A stretch of DNA of 64,000 bases. Origin: Bigelowiella natans CCMP2755. Lineage: Eukaryota > Protista > Cercozoa. Positions 52,100-64,000 of the stretch are shown piece by piece (within the stretch, counting starts at the first letter, position 1; each line of letters starts with the position of its first letter). The position numbers and the translations under genes are program-made. The stretch lies in contig ADNK01001163.1 of assembly GCA_000320545.1 (NCBI GenBank), positions 19,804 to 83,803 on the forward strand, given 5' to 3'. The notes beneath the pieces are model-generated. The model did no database searches. It saw nothing but the letters and a program-made list of their open reading frames with translations, and was not told the DNA's origin.

Positions 52100-55079
52100 C
52101 TAATAAATTCGCGCGCAGCCGCACGCTCTCCTAATGAGATTTAATGTCGACATCACAACTCGTAGTGTATCTTCTGTCCAATAAAGGGGCCTTTCGTTCC
52201 ATTCGGATTCTCCTACGACATATAAATACTTTTGAATTGAAATTCTTTGGTATATGCTTTGTAAATATGAATAAGAGTGAAGTGTTGGTTGGAACAATAA
52301 AATCGAGCACTAGGCCCTTCAAATGTATTGCAAGATTAAATATATTTATTTTTCCTTAAAATTAAATAGTGGAGTTTGGAGGTACACACAGCTGCACGGC
52401 GGTATAACTCTTTCAGATCGATATGATCCGCGTCAAAGTCAAGATTAGCTTCAGTGTCTCCTCCTTTTTCTTCTTCTTCGTCCCACGTATTTTTTGTCGT
52501 CCTATTGCAATGGATTGACACCAAATTAGACTGAAATGGGCGAAGATACGCCTCTCTTACTTACGCGTTGTCCCATTCAAAGACTTCGTCGTCCTCTGGT
52601 GGGTCATAATAATCATATCGTTGTTTGCCGGTGAATGGTGAGACGATAGCTATCGTTGGTGTAGGACTGCTGCTTTGTGCTGCTGATGTCGATAATTAGA
52701 ATTAACATTCGAGTTAGCCTTCAAGGGTCACCATAAACACTATTTGAAACTTCCATAACATCCATACAACAAACTATCGGCAAACTTATAGTTTAGAAAT
52801 TTATATTGTAAGCCACGCTGATCCATCAACACTAAAAGTTGAGCAGAGGTGAATAAATTATAGTTTGTTTTGTAGCTCTTGGGTCGTAGTGCAATCCACT
52901 AGCACCAGCACCAGCAGCAGATGTTTGCCTATACTTGGACTCACTTCTCTTTTCAGACTCTTCTTCATCATCATAACCGGAAGGAGGAGACCACCATTCG
53001 TCCACGTACGTTCCTTTCTTGTTTATCTGTCCAAGTTTTTCGTTCGAGTCAAGCTGATGCTGAAATCGCTGCATTGTTTACATTATTGAAACCAACAAGA
53101 AGCAATACAAAATACAGACAGAACACGTACCCTCGGGAGTGTTATTTCACGGTTATTTGTCCAATCTCTTAAGAACTCTTCTTCCTGATGAAGGATACGT
53201 CCAAGACAACTGACTACGATTGTCGTGATATCAACGATGAAATAATATCATTTATTACCGGGATATTAGGATCCAACTCATTCCAATTAAATTTCTAAGA
53301 ATACAACGTTATCATTATTTATGGGTTTTACATCATCATATACAGGTAGTTGTAGAATATTAAATACACTGAATGAAAAGGAGCTTACACGAAGGAAGGA
53401 AGGGGTGTGCAATTACTCCAACACAATGCAAATATCGATGACTTAAAGCTAAGAACACCTTTGCTTTAAATTCTTCTTCTTTTGTAGCTTCCTCATGGCC
53501 TTTATCCTCCCATTCCCTGCAAAAGAGTGGGTGGAAGTACGTCGTCTATCAGATTTGTCCGCCATTACTCTTCTTACCACTACAACTCCTATATAAGCTG
53601 CTTTTCATCGTTTTTAATATTTCTCTGATTGATCATTTTAACTACCCACCGTTTCTTGACGAAGACTAATCCAAGTACTGTGTTTCTTACTTACATCTAC
53701 TTCTACTACTATTACTACTACTTCTTCTACGTATCACAATGTACAGCAAATCAGCAGAGGCACAATTTTAACGTAAACAAAGATACTATTACTTCCTTTT
53801 TTCCAGCTCCTCCTCCCTCCATTGACGGTCAATATTTAACTCTTTCGCGTAACTCTAATGATTCGACAATCATTCAAAAAAGTAAAAAAAATGGAAAATA
53901 CTGCAAAGAGGGATATTGATATTTTACGATGCAATATCAATTTTAGTGGTATTTGATGAATTTACTGAATAAAATTAAATTATGACCACACCTATTTTCA
54001 TCGCCACTTCATCATCACTTAAATTACTACTACCACTACTGCTACCATTCTCCTACTACCTCTCCTAATTTTACTGCTATAGTTACTTTAGCTTTACCAC
54101 CTTTGAACCTGCTCCTCCCCCCATGGAAACGCCAATTTCCATTGCCTTGAACACCTTGAAAATTAGAAAGCACGAAGGGTCATATAGTTGAACATATGAT
54201 GCATTTTCAACGTGTTAAAAACACAGGGTCTATATGTACAATCTGAAATTATTGTCTGGGGATAAGATTAGGGTGATTTCAGTGTATATTATTATTATTC
54301 TACGTCTTCTTCATGATCCTCGTACGTGCGTCGACAATCAGGGCACGACTCACGTCTTTTTAAAGAAAGCATAACAAGAGGACTTAGCGCATAAATGAAA
54401 CAGTAATCAAGACAGGAATATGTATGTACTGTATTATGTCAAATATGAGACTCAAATAAAATTGATAAGATACATCAGTAGTAATTGGAATTCAGATCAA
54501 AGTAGATTATGGCGTATTATTTCCAGCCCAATACCACCTTTATCGACGACCATCAAAAATGGAAAAAGTAGTGTGAAAATCTACTCCTCTAATACTAATA
54601 CTATCACTACTGCTACCACTGGTACTGCCTGCAGATAATACCTTTTCTTGATTTCTCCTAAACGACTGGGAAATATAGATTCTTGATAATATCGTTGAAG
54701 GAATTCGCAAACGTGTGACATATCTGAGAAATACCTGATTATTTGGGTTGGGCGTTGTGGTGTGTGCACCAGAAGAAATTATCATAAATCACAACATAAG
54801 TGTTAGTAGTTAACGCTGTAGTAGTATGGAGATTGGGCAAACAGGGAGAATGCAACGACAACGATTTTATTCAACTTGGTATGGGTACATTACAGTAGTA
54901 ATCTACTTTGGAAGAATGTCCTTATCTTTGTTGATATACTTAGACTCGCAAGGTACCATTTTTGAGAATTTTCTGATATTATTTGAGCTATATTATTTGA
55001 GCAGCACGCACGGAAAATGGCATCCAAAAACAGCATGAAACAGCCAGAAACAGCAACAGCAGCATTGGCAATCCTTGAG

Positions 55080-55120
<41 letters not shown>

Positions 55121-57612
55121 GTAAAGCTGTTAGGCACATACACGTGGGATGCTGGGTGTTCATTATTATATACTGCATATATGTTGTTGTAGTAGTAGTA
55201 GTAATAATAATAGTAGTAATTGTAGAAGTACGTGTTGTGACATCATCTTAATTCGTATCATCTATCTTTCTTTGGCAATGGTACGTACAACAGTCTGCAG
55301 TTCCCACGAGGCGAGAAATATATCATAGCTTGCATGTGATCAAACACCTAGTAGGTAGGTAGTAGCATAGTAGTAGTAGTTTGTCTCAAGAAGAATCATT
55401 GAAAGGAAATCAATTTGTTGCAGGAAGTGATAATGCTTTGTAGGAACAGCAGGAGGAGGAGTAGCAGCTTATATATCATCAAACCATCATCATCATCATC
55501 ATCATCATCATTATCATTATCATCATTATCATCACTATCATTATTGTTCATCTTTACTTCGAACGGCATCACAATTCCACCTACAGGATGCAGAAGCCTT
55601 AATACCTGCAGTGTTTTCATTGTTGGTAGTATTATTGTTTCATCCACAATCCACACAAAAATGGGGAATATGCTCTAAGCAGAGCCACCGTAATAATCAC
55701 CGCAAAAATTAGAAAAAAGAATAAAATATTAGAAGAGTAGTAGTGGTAGAAGTTGTTTCTAGTTCAACAAAAATACAAGTACTATCAACTCCTCTTCCTC
55801 CTCAGTTAGATACTGCAATCTTACGGTTTGTTATTCATTCTTATTTTCTGATCCAATAATAATTTTATGGTTATCATAATACTGACAATATCGAGGCCAT
55901 TTGTAAATCCCTCGAGTGAACATCCGACATAAATAGTATCGTAAGGCCCGTTAGCAGCTGCTATCTGTAATTTATTTTATATAGATTTTTTAACATAGTA
56001 GCGGCAAATGGTAGAAATGGCAAAAAAGTACTGATATAGACTTCTGGCTAACAACTCATTTCCTCTCCATCTCATGTCACGATTTCTTTAAGTAAAACTA
56101 ATTTTGATTCGAAAATTGATTTATGGTTGCACATCTTTATTATTGTGGCAGTGTATATGCAACTATAACATTTAACATACTCTGGAAGTAGTAGGTTCTA
56201 ATCCTATAAATCTTTTTACCGATCCTCCTGGAAAACCGACTTCATTTTCACCAAGATATATATCTTTAAAGAAATCCTGTGTCTCTAAAGTGTACCTCTA
56301 AGAGATGATGGGGATAGAAGAAGAAGAAGAAGAAGAAGAAGAAGCCAAAGGTCAAATGTTTTACATTTTACTGCAGAATACTTTATTTACATGTAAAGTT
56401 TAATATTTTATCGTCGTCAATTGGTTTTAAATTGTGTCAAGTAGGTCTATGAAAGCTAGTAATTAATATCGTGATTGTTCATGTAAATATGATACTTACT
56501 GTTTCGATAGAGTATGCAACAAAATTAAGAGATGGTTGATGTGTACTGTTTGAGTTTAGTCAATAAGACGATTACAATCCATGTGTAATTTACTTATAAT
56601 GCCAGTATACTAACCTTGTTTGGTACAGGTAAGGGGAAACACACTCTCTTTGAAAATCTTCCGGTCATGTACGTTCCATTTTTATCCAGATTTCTTCTTG
56701 CAATCGCCTTCTGTGAAGAGGACATTTTAAAGTGTGCACAGGTGAAAAAGTATCTGGGAGAAGCAATTCACTACTACCTTGGTGTCGCGATTTTCAAAGG
56801 CGTATATGTGTGCTTCTGTGTTTACTGAAACCATAAGCTCAGCCCAAAAGTATGCAATCATCACGCCAGAACCGAATCCGATAATGAGAGCATTATCAGT
56901 CTCACGAAGATGTCCAGCAAGGAAAATGTAAGCTGGAATCTCATAAAGCGAAGGGCTTATCGAAGAGTGCCTTTCACAGGAATAAAGAATATCAAAAAGA
57001 TGTTCGACTTAACATAAATATCATCCAAAAAAAAGAATGAACAAAGAAAATTTAGTTGTGTCGAGTTAGTTCTAGTAATTATCACCGATCCTCCTGCATC
57101 ATTGGTCTATTGTCATCCATACTGCCGACCCCTCCAAAGCATCTATGAAGCTCTTCCAGTTTAGGAATCGTCATCTGGAATGTTTGAGAAATTGGTAGTT
57201 CAGAGGAGCGATCCTCACGAATACCTTCGTCGAATTGAGGTTCAAAGTCTTCACTGTTAAAATCGTCCAAATTTACGCGTTCTGGCAGGTCCAGCGCATT
57301 GTTAAGAACAAATAATCGTAAAATCCAAAACACTATTGGCAGAGGTAAAGGATTTGAGGCGTGCATGTTGAGGGGTATTTATTCGGAACAAAACTTCATC
57401 GTGCAAGTATTGTGTAGGCAGTAATAACAGCAGCAGCAGCCACTACAAGAGCCTGGAACGTGATCTATTGTCTATCCGATGATCAGGACGATGAACAAAT
57501 ATGAGTTAGTAGGGACTCCTTCTCCGGCAGGGCTCCTCAAAGTAGTATCTAACGAACAAAGAGGAGGAGGAGGAGGAGGAGGAGGAGGAGGAGGAGGTGA
57601 CTTCTTCGACAT
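52100..57612 (-). CDS. protein-L-isoaspartate O-methyltransferase-like (PIMT/PCMTD-like) protein with N- and C-terminal extensions (many exons)
   Basis: Spliced: HSSISPSLYE...DNALIIGFGSGVMIAYF...HIYAFENRDTK|KAIARRNLDK...|IAAANGPYDTIYVGCS...|VLRLLHPVGGIVMPFE. This follows PIMT motif order (SAP, motif I, GPYDAIHVG, QLKPGGRLILP). The 5' and 3' exons are uncertain, and the 3' exons could be a separate gene. Confidence 0.65.
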
Positions 57613-57654
57613 ACAACAACAACAACAACAACAAGTTTATTAGTCCTATAAGTC

Positions 57655-57820
57655 AAAATTTTTGCTATGTTTTATCATACAATTTTTTACTTTCGCAAAG
57701 CCCGTTATGAGACAACATCCACTATGAAAATCACTTCGGTGTAACAACATAGCTGGGAAGTCAAGGGCGCGAACAGAATAACTAACTAACTAGCTAACTA
57801 ACAACAACAACAACATCATC

Positions 57821-57866
<46 letters not shown>

Positions 57867-58130
57867 TCAAATTGCATACCCTACATATCTATCATTAAAT
57901 TACCAAAATAAACACCTCAAACCTAAAAGTAAAAAGAAAAAAGTTTTTTAGATCTAGTCCAATGAATCAAAATTTTTGCTAGAGATATTGACTTTCGCAA
58001 TGTCCGTTATGAGACAACATCCACTATGAAAATCACTTCGATGAAAAAACATAGCTGGGAAGTCAAGGACGCGAACAGAATAACTAACTAACTAACATCA
58101 ACAACAACAACAACAACTACAACAACGAAG
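57655..58130 (+). repeat. tandem duplication (~300-bp spacing) containing repeat family B copies 2 and 3
   Basis: CAAAATTTTTGCTA...ACTTTCGCAA..CCGTTATGAGACAACATCCACTATGAAAATCACTTCG...ACATAGCTGGGAAGTCAAGG.CGCGAACAGAATAACTAACTAACTA is repeated at ~57655 and ~57968. Confidence 0.9.
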
Positions 58131-58173
58131 AAGACAACATGCTACCTCCTCAATAAGAAGCACCCCCATTCAC

Positions 58174-59457
58174 ATGGCAAAGAAGAGCAAGAAAGAAAAG
58201 CGCGCAAGAGCCGAGGCAGCGGCTGCGAAAAAGGGCAAACAACGGGTGACCTCCAGTTCCCACAGAGTGCTTAATCCCATAATAACTTACCTCTAAAAGG
58301 CGCAAAAACGCGAGCTTCGGAAGCAGAGGCAAAAGGAAAAAGTACGAATATCATCTTTCGAATGGATCTCCTTTTGCCCTCTTCATCAATAAAATTATTG
58401 TGCTTTCTCCACAGGGAAAGGAATGGCAACGTGAGATTGATAAATTTTCTGACCAGGTAATAATACAGATAAATAGATCTTGTTTTAGTTATGGATTATT
58501 ATTCTCTGAGTAGGTTTCTAGCAAATAGATCATCGTTTAGTGACAAATGTATCACCGACCAAATGATAGATAAATCATTTTTTCTAAGGGGGGAAGAAAA
58601 TAGTAGTTCTATTCTGCAGGAAGGCCGTAGTAGACTTCTTGTCTACTGCTTGGACACTGATGCACATGAAGAAAGGGCCCGTTTTGCACATGATTGATCT
58701 CCCGAGATATTTATTGGTTAATTGTTGGCATATTCTTCAATACGAAGATATTAAACGATACATATTTTACATTAGTTGAAACCTTTCGCATTGAAGATAC
58801 GAGACGTGTTCGGAGATGGAAACTGTCTCTTCAGGTGTAGCTATTATTATTATTGAGCGGTTAGCTTACTACGCCAATGATGATGACCTAATATAGAGCT
58901 GTCGCCGACCAACTGGAGGGAAATCAGAATGATTACGCTAAATATCGTGAAAGGTCTTTCATTTTATCAACTTTATTTCTGCGGTATAGTCTATTTCCTT
59001 TTCGTGGTCGCCTTCCTTCCTTTCTTTTTACCATCATCTGTATTAAAACGCAATCATCGTCGTCGTCATCACTCCCTAGGTGCCTCGACTACATGGAAGA
59101 ATACCCGGAGCAGTTCAAGCCTTTTATTTTTGATGAGGTGATAAATAATGATAACATTTAGTTTAGATGCATCACGAATTTTAAATTGATTTAGCCGTCA
59201 GGTAATAGATTCCGACTTGATTTCTCTCTAATTGTCTATTACTACTATTAATCAGGAATATGCTGAGTATATTAAGCGTATGCGTAAAGATGGAGAATGG
59301 GGAGGTAAACATGAAAACGAGCAACATGAAAATTATTAGAGAAAAGTGGGGTGGGTATCGCTGCACAAAACAAGGAAATGTTTAAAATATGTGTTTGTTT
59401 TTAAAGAAGAAGCAAAGAAACTAAATTTAAATACTCTTGATGTATTGAAAATTATTT

Positions 59458-59545
<88 letters not shown>

Positions 59546-59681
59546 GACAACTCCTATCCCAACAGGCAATTTGGAGCTGGTTGGAATTTCCCACGCGTTT
59601 GGCTTACATTTGACGGTTAGATACTACTCCGATTGTAAGGAAAAGTTGAATAGCAACGAGACAGAACATCAATGCAACACT

Positions 59682-59749
<68 letters not shown>

Positions 59750-60577
59750 TTTATGCGGCGGAATAGTATTGATGTCAATGATCAGTGTAGAAATGATGAA
59801 AATGGTTGATGATGCAGATCCACCAGCTTGGACTTCCGCGGTGGGAAATTAAAAATCCAAACAATGTTTTTTCTAGGTAATTCTATGAATGCAAACACCA
59901 CTACTAATAGTAACTACTACTCGAGAATAATCACCACATGCCAGCAGCAGCAGCAGAGTGACGAGTGGGTATCTCCTGCGAAAAAGATGAATCAAGGAAA
60001 GGAAGAGGATGATGATGATGATGATATTGATCGATCGATATCCTTCCTGCTGCTCCAAAACAGCAATATCTAAAACCTTATTATCCAGTATATCTCTTAA
60101 ATAAGTGATGGGGGACTAACCATCAATCATCACCATCATTACACATTTTTCCAGAGAAAGTAATAATATATAATAAGTATCATCGTGGGTGATCATCACC
60201 ATGTCAAATTATGTCATATCATCTCATATCAATGGAACCTTCTTCGTGTGAGTAGTAGTAGTAGTAGTAGTAGTAGCAGCAGTAGCAGCAATTTCCGTCT
60301 GCCTCCATCTTTTGATTCAGTAGTACTATTTGTTTCCTTCTTCCCTTCCCCTTACTATTTATTGCAGAGTGGTGCATCTTGGTTATCATGATGGAGAGCA
60401 TTACACAAGTATACGGTACTACTACTACTATTCCTACTACTATTTAGTTGCTCATCAATGCATGTTTTATTACAACGATTGAGTATTCTGTTTGCATCTT
60501 CTTTGCTGTGCGCTGTAACGATACTATTTATATACAGCAATGATGACGGATGATGATAATGATGACGGATGATGATA

Positions 60578-60609
<32 letters not shown>

Positions 60610-61732
60610 CATATATATTGGTATTTAAGTAAATATCACAGACATGTAGGATGTCGTTCATACCTACCACTTCCGTTGATTTCTTCCTCCCACTTCTATG
60701 CAGTAACATTTCTGATGACCCAAGGAAAGAGGTTGATCGGCTGTTGTTCTCCTAAATGAAAAAAAAAGAAGAGGAAGAAGGCCGAGATGTTCATACCGTA
60801 GTAGTATCTTTGTTGTTACTAGTAATAATTATTATATTTCTCAGAAAAGCATGCAGGAAGATGATTTCTTTAACTCGATTTTATTGCCATTTTTACATTT
60901 TTAACCAAAAAGATTTATAAAATGTAATCCTAATTGTATTGAGTTCTTTTCTAAGATAGAAGGAGTCGTTGGTACAACTAAAACACACCCAATCAATTCC
61001 CAATATCATCCAACATTAGTACATTAGCAACAATATCATCCAACAATAGTACGTTAGCAACAACAACAAACAACAACAACAACATGTCAGATTACAAACA
61101 ACTATTGACTGTAGCCGCAGTAGCATTCCACAAACTCACTGAAAGTAAAAATACTATCTTTTCATCCTCCTTAGGCTACAGAGATCAAGGCGTTTACAAA
61201 TAATAGCAACAAATACGGTCAGCAAGTAGCTTGGTTACTCTTTTGCACAGTTAGTTATAGTGCTGATAGAGCAGGAGTATGATACTGCTGTTTTAGATGA
61301 TAACACATGATCATCTAAGATACATGCTATGGTATTTTCATAGTTTCTCAGGTATTTCGCTCATTTATTTGTTTCACCAACATATAAAAGTCCAGACGTG
61401 TGAATTATGGACTATCATACCCTGAATTATTATCTATTTACCGCACGCAACACACTGAACAGGGGGTGGACAAAAGAATAAAAGTAGTTATGACAGCAGC
61501 CATCATCATTCTAGTGATTCAAGAGCACTTAAAATCTTAAGAGAAAGCACAGGATGCAAAAACATCAAGTATGTTGCTTCAACAACTAGACCCACACAAC
61601 AAAAACTAAACATTTTATTTATTTTTTTATGGTGTAGTCTTTATTATTGTGCTACTGCTACTATTGCTTACTATTCACTATTATCCAGATTCATCGGGGA
61701 AGCTCTTGCTGACAACGGAAGTGATACACATA

Positions 61733-61767
<35 letters not shown>

Positions 61768-62085
61768 ACATCCATTATCATGCAGCTACAGAATGGTGAT
61801 GATGCATCATATTTACATACTTTCAAGCTTAACCTTGAACTTTTTATTGTTATCAGTATGCAATGAATTCTTTCTGTACAAATAAAAAACTGATGACTTT
61901 TTTGTTATCATTTGCAGTGTGTTAGTCACAATTATCCCTCTTGATTTTATTTTTACTGCCATCACCATTTTTCATAAGATGATGTAGACGCAACAGTACA
62001 GTATCTCATTGAAATGAGGGAATCAGGCGTGGCGGAATTCTTCATGGTTATCATATTTGCAAGCACACAACACGCCGTACATCAC

Positions 62086-62119
<34 letters not shown>

Positions 62120-62435
62120 ATAGTAGAGCGCAAAAGATATCTCCTATAATCCTTAGTACTTTTTACACATGATGATATTATCAATATTGTATTATCATAT
62201 ATCCATCATAAATATAACGGTAATACATCCAATGTTAGGACGATAATCAAGAAAATGAGGAAAAGGACGATGCTAGGGAGGAAAATGAAAAAAAGAAAAA
62301 GTCTGGAGGAAGCACAAGTGGCTCACGAAAAGGTGATGATGTTGTAGAAGTAGTAATAGTATAGAAATTGCATACAGCTACTACTACTACTACTACTACT
62401 ACTAAGCATTCTCCTTGTGTTATTATTATTACCAG

Positions 62436-62473
<38 letters not shown>

Positions 62474-63264
62474 ACTGATATCATACTTTCCAATTGTGCA
62501 GTAATGATTCGAATTGATGATTTCAGATCATGTCGCATATTTTGAGGTCCTGCATACGACTAATTATAGTTTTGTGTACACTGTGTATATATGCGTGTGT
62601 TTCTGTGTGTCTGTGTTATCAACCTCCTTTTAGTAAACCGCAATGGTCCATGTCCATGTAAAAGTGGGAAAAAGTACAAATCATGCTGTGCAAAGGGTAC
62701 ATGTCCACTCCGTTGAGGCAAATCTGAACCCTTGCCTGTTATTAAAGGTTTCATACTGTTGATTTCCTGTGTTCGTCAGCGGATAAAGTCGCTCGTGAGG
62801 GAGCTAGACGTGCACGTAGGAAGGACAGTCTATCTCCAGGAAGGTCAAGGAAAGGTAGTTTACAAGGATCGTTTTCCGATTCTGATTATCCACGAAACTT
62901 AAAGCAACGTCGCAAGTCGCCACTTTTTTGTTTGAGGAATTTGTTGCAAACTCAGGTGGCAAGAATATTCGTATTCAAAAATTATCGAATAAACAAAGGA
63001 AGGTCGCCTGATTACCTTTTTTTCATGGAGACATTTTTTAAATATATCCAATCATTTTCAAGGAACTTGCCCGCAAAGCAAAAATGGAGACAAGCAACAA
63101 AGACGATGAGGTAGGAAATGTCATGGAAACGCAATGCCAACCCCAACGTGACTTTCTCGATTTGTTCTTAGAGAAAAGCACAGAAAGGCGGGAAATTGAA
63201 GACCCGCAAAGAGGACATAGCGCAAGATGAACCCCAACCAGACCTAGGATCTTTGCAGATATGA
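58174..63264 (+). CDS. OTU-domain deubiquitinase, OTUD3/plant OTU7-like, with a SEC-C Zn-binding motif (many exons)
   Basis: IRDVFGDGNCLFR|AVADQLEG, EYIKRMRKDGEWGG|NLEL, IHQLGLPRWEI, VHLGYHDGEHYTSIR, VNRNGPCPCKSGKKYKSCC, C-terminus PDLGSLQI* (TGA at 63262-63264). Middle exons unresolved. Confidence 0.88.
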
Positions 63265-63289
63265 AGTAGATCTTGTTCGATGCGTCGAA

Positions 63290-63900
63290 TTTTTTGGACC
63301 ACCGATGTGCGTTGGCAATTCTAGAATTGTCTACAAACGCATTGAAATCTGGTTTTTCTCATGAAAATCAATTGAAGCAAGAAATGCAAAATGAAATGTG
63401 CCTTGCAAACCTTGACCACGTGGCTAGCGTGGGTGCATGAAACCACAAGCACCCAAGTGTGATTCTGCAAGCGGACTTTTGCAAACCGAACACAATGTGC
63501 CATGCATGGTCGACCTGCAATCAAAAAACACACGCACTGGTTTTTGCAAACCACAAAATGACAGGCCCAAGCAACAAAAGACAACAAATCAGAAATTGTC
63601 AAGAAAAGTTTTGATTCACACTTCTTCATCCAAACATTGCGATTCAACAGTTCAAGTGTGCAAAGAACTCTCGTCTTGGACAACAACGACACGTGATCAC
63701 CTGTCAGACGTGCACACCAGAATTTGCACACAGCTTGCACATCTTGCCCAAACGTGCAACATCGACACAAAAAGTGAGCTGTCTCAAAACTGGGTGATTT
63801 TTCGACAATTTTTTGCTGAACGTGCAGCTGGCATTGCGCACTTGAAAATGGCTCAATTGAGTTTGATTGTTTGTGAAAATTCTCAATGTGCAGCACGTGG
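63290..63900. other. short telomere-associated spacer with TG/CA-skewed composition
   Basis: About 0.6 kb between the OTU stop and the telomere; no degenerate telomeric repeats and no credible ORF. Confidence 0.6.
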
Positions 63901-64000
63901 GGGTTAGGGTTAGGGTTAGGGTTAGGGTTAGGGTTAGGGTTAGGGTTAGGGTTAGGGTTAGGGTTAGGGTTAGGGTTAGGGTTAGGGTTAGGGTTAGGGT
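63901..64000 (+). repeat. telomeric (TTAGGG)n array, chromosome end
   Basis: About 16 perfect TTAGGG units with the G-rich strand running 5'->3' to the end of the window. Confidence 0.98.

Noticed and set aside
60700-60800. Possible in-frame TAA (60753-60755) in the OTU gene and G->K in the SEC-C motif (CPCKSG)
   Set aside because: A GAG|GTTGAT donor upstream can remove the TAA; the Zn-ligand Cys residues are intact. Not enough to call a pseudogene.

Overview
Right-hand end of a eukaryotic nuclear chromosome, finishing in a (TTAGGG)n telomere at 63901-64000. It comes from an intron-rich, microsatellite-rich microbial eukaryote using the standard code with short GT-AG introns. Bipartite-looking presequences would fit an alga with a secondary plastid, but the taxon cannot be established from this window. 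About 15 protein genes lie mostly in head-to-head/tail-to-tail pairs. Recognisable ones are a HI0933/YhiN flavoprotein, a cathepsin X/Z-like protease, a saposin-like protein, mitochondrial IscU, mitochondrial uL2, a Spinster-like MFS transporter, prohibitin 2, a PIMT-like methyltransferase and an OTUD3/OTU7-like deubiquitinase that ends about 0.64 kb from the telomere. One young, intact Ty3/gypsy LTR retrotransposon (33524-39239) is the most unusual object. It has a C-terminal domain resembling the DIRS-type N6-adenine methyltransferase, a shortened D-27-E integrase core, perfect 26-bp inverted outer termini produced by an LTR-end asymmetry, and only a 3-bp (ACG) flanking duplication in the loop of a target hairpin. 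Most tail-to-tail gaps hold TG/CA- and CTAG-rich islands that look like methylation-decayed DNA, apparently hit in both CG and CAG/CTG contexts. All exon structures were spliced by eye and are provisional.
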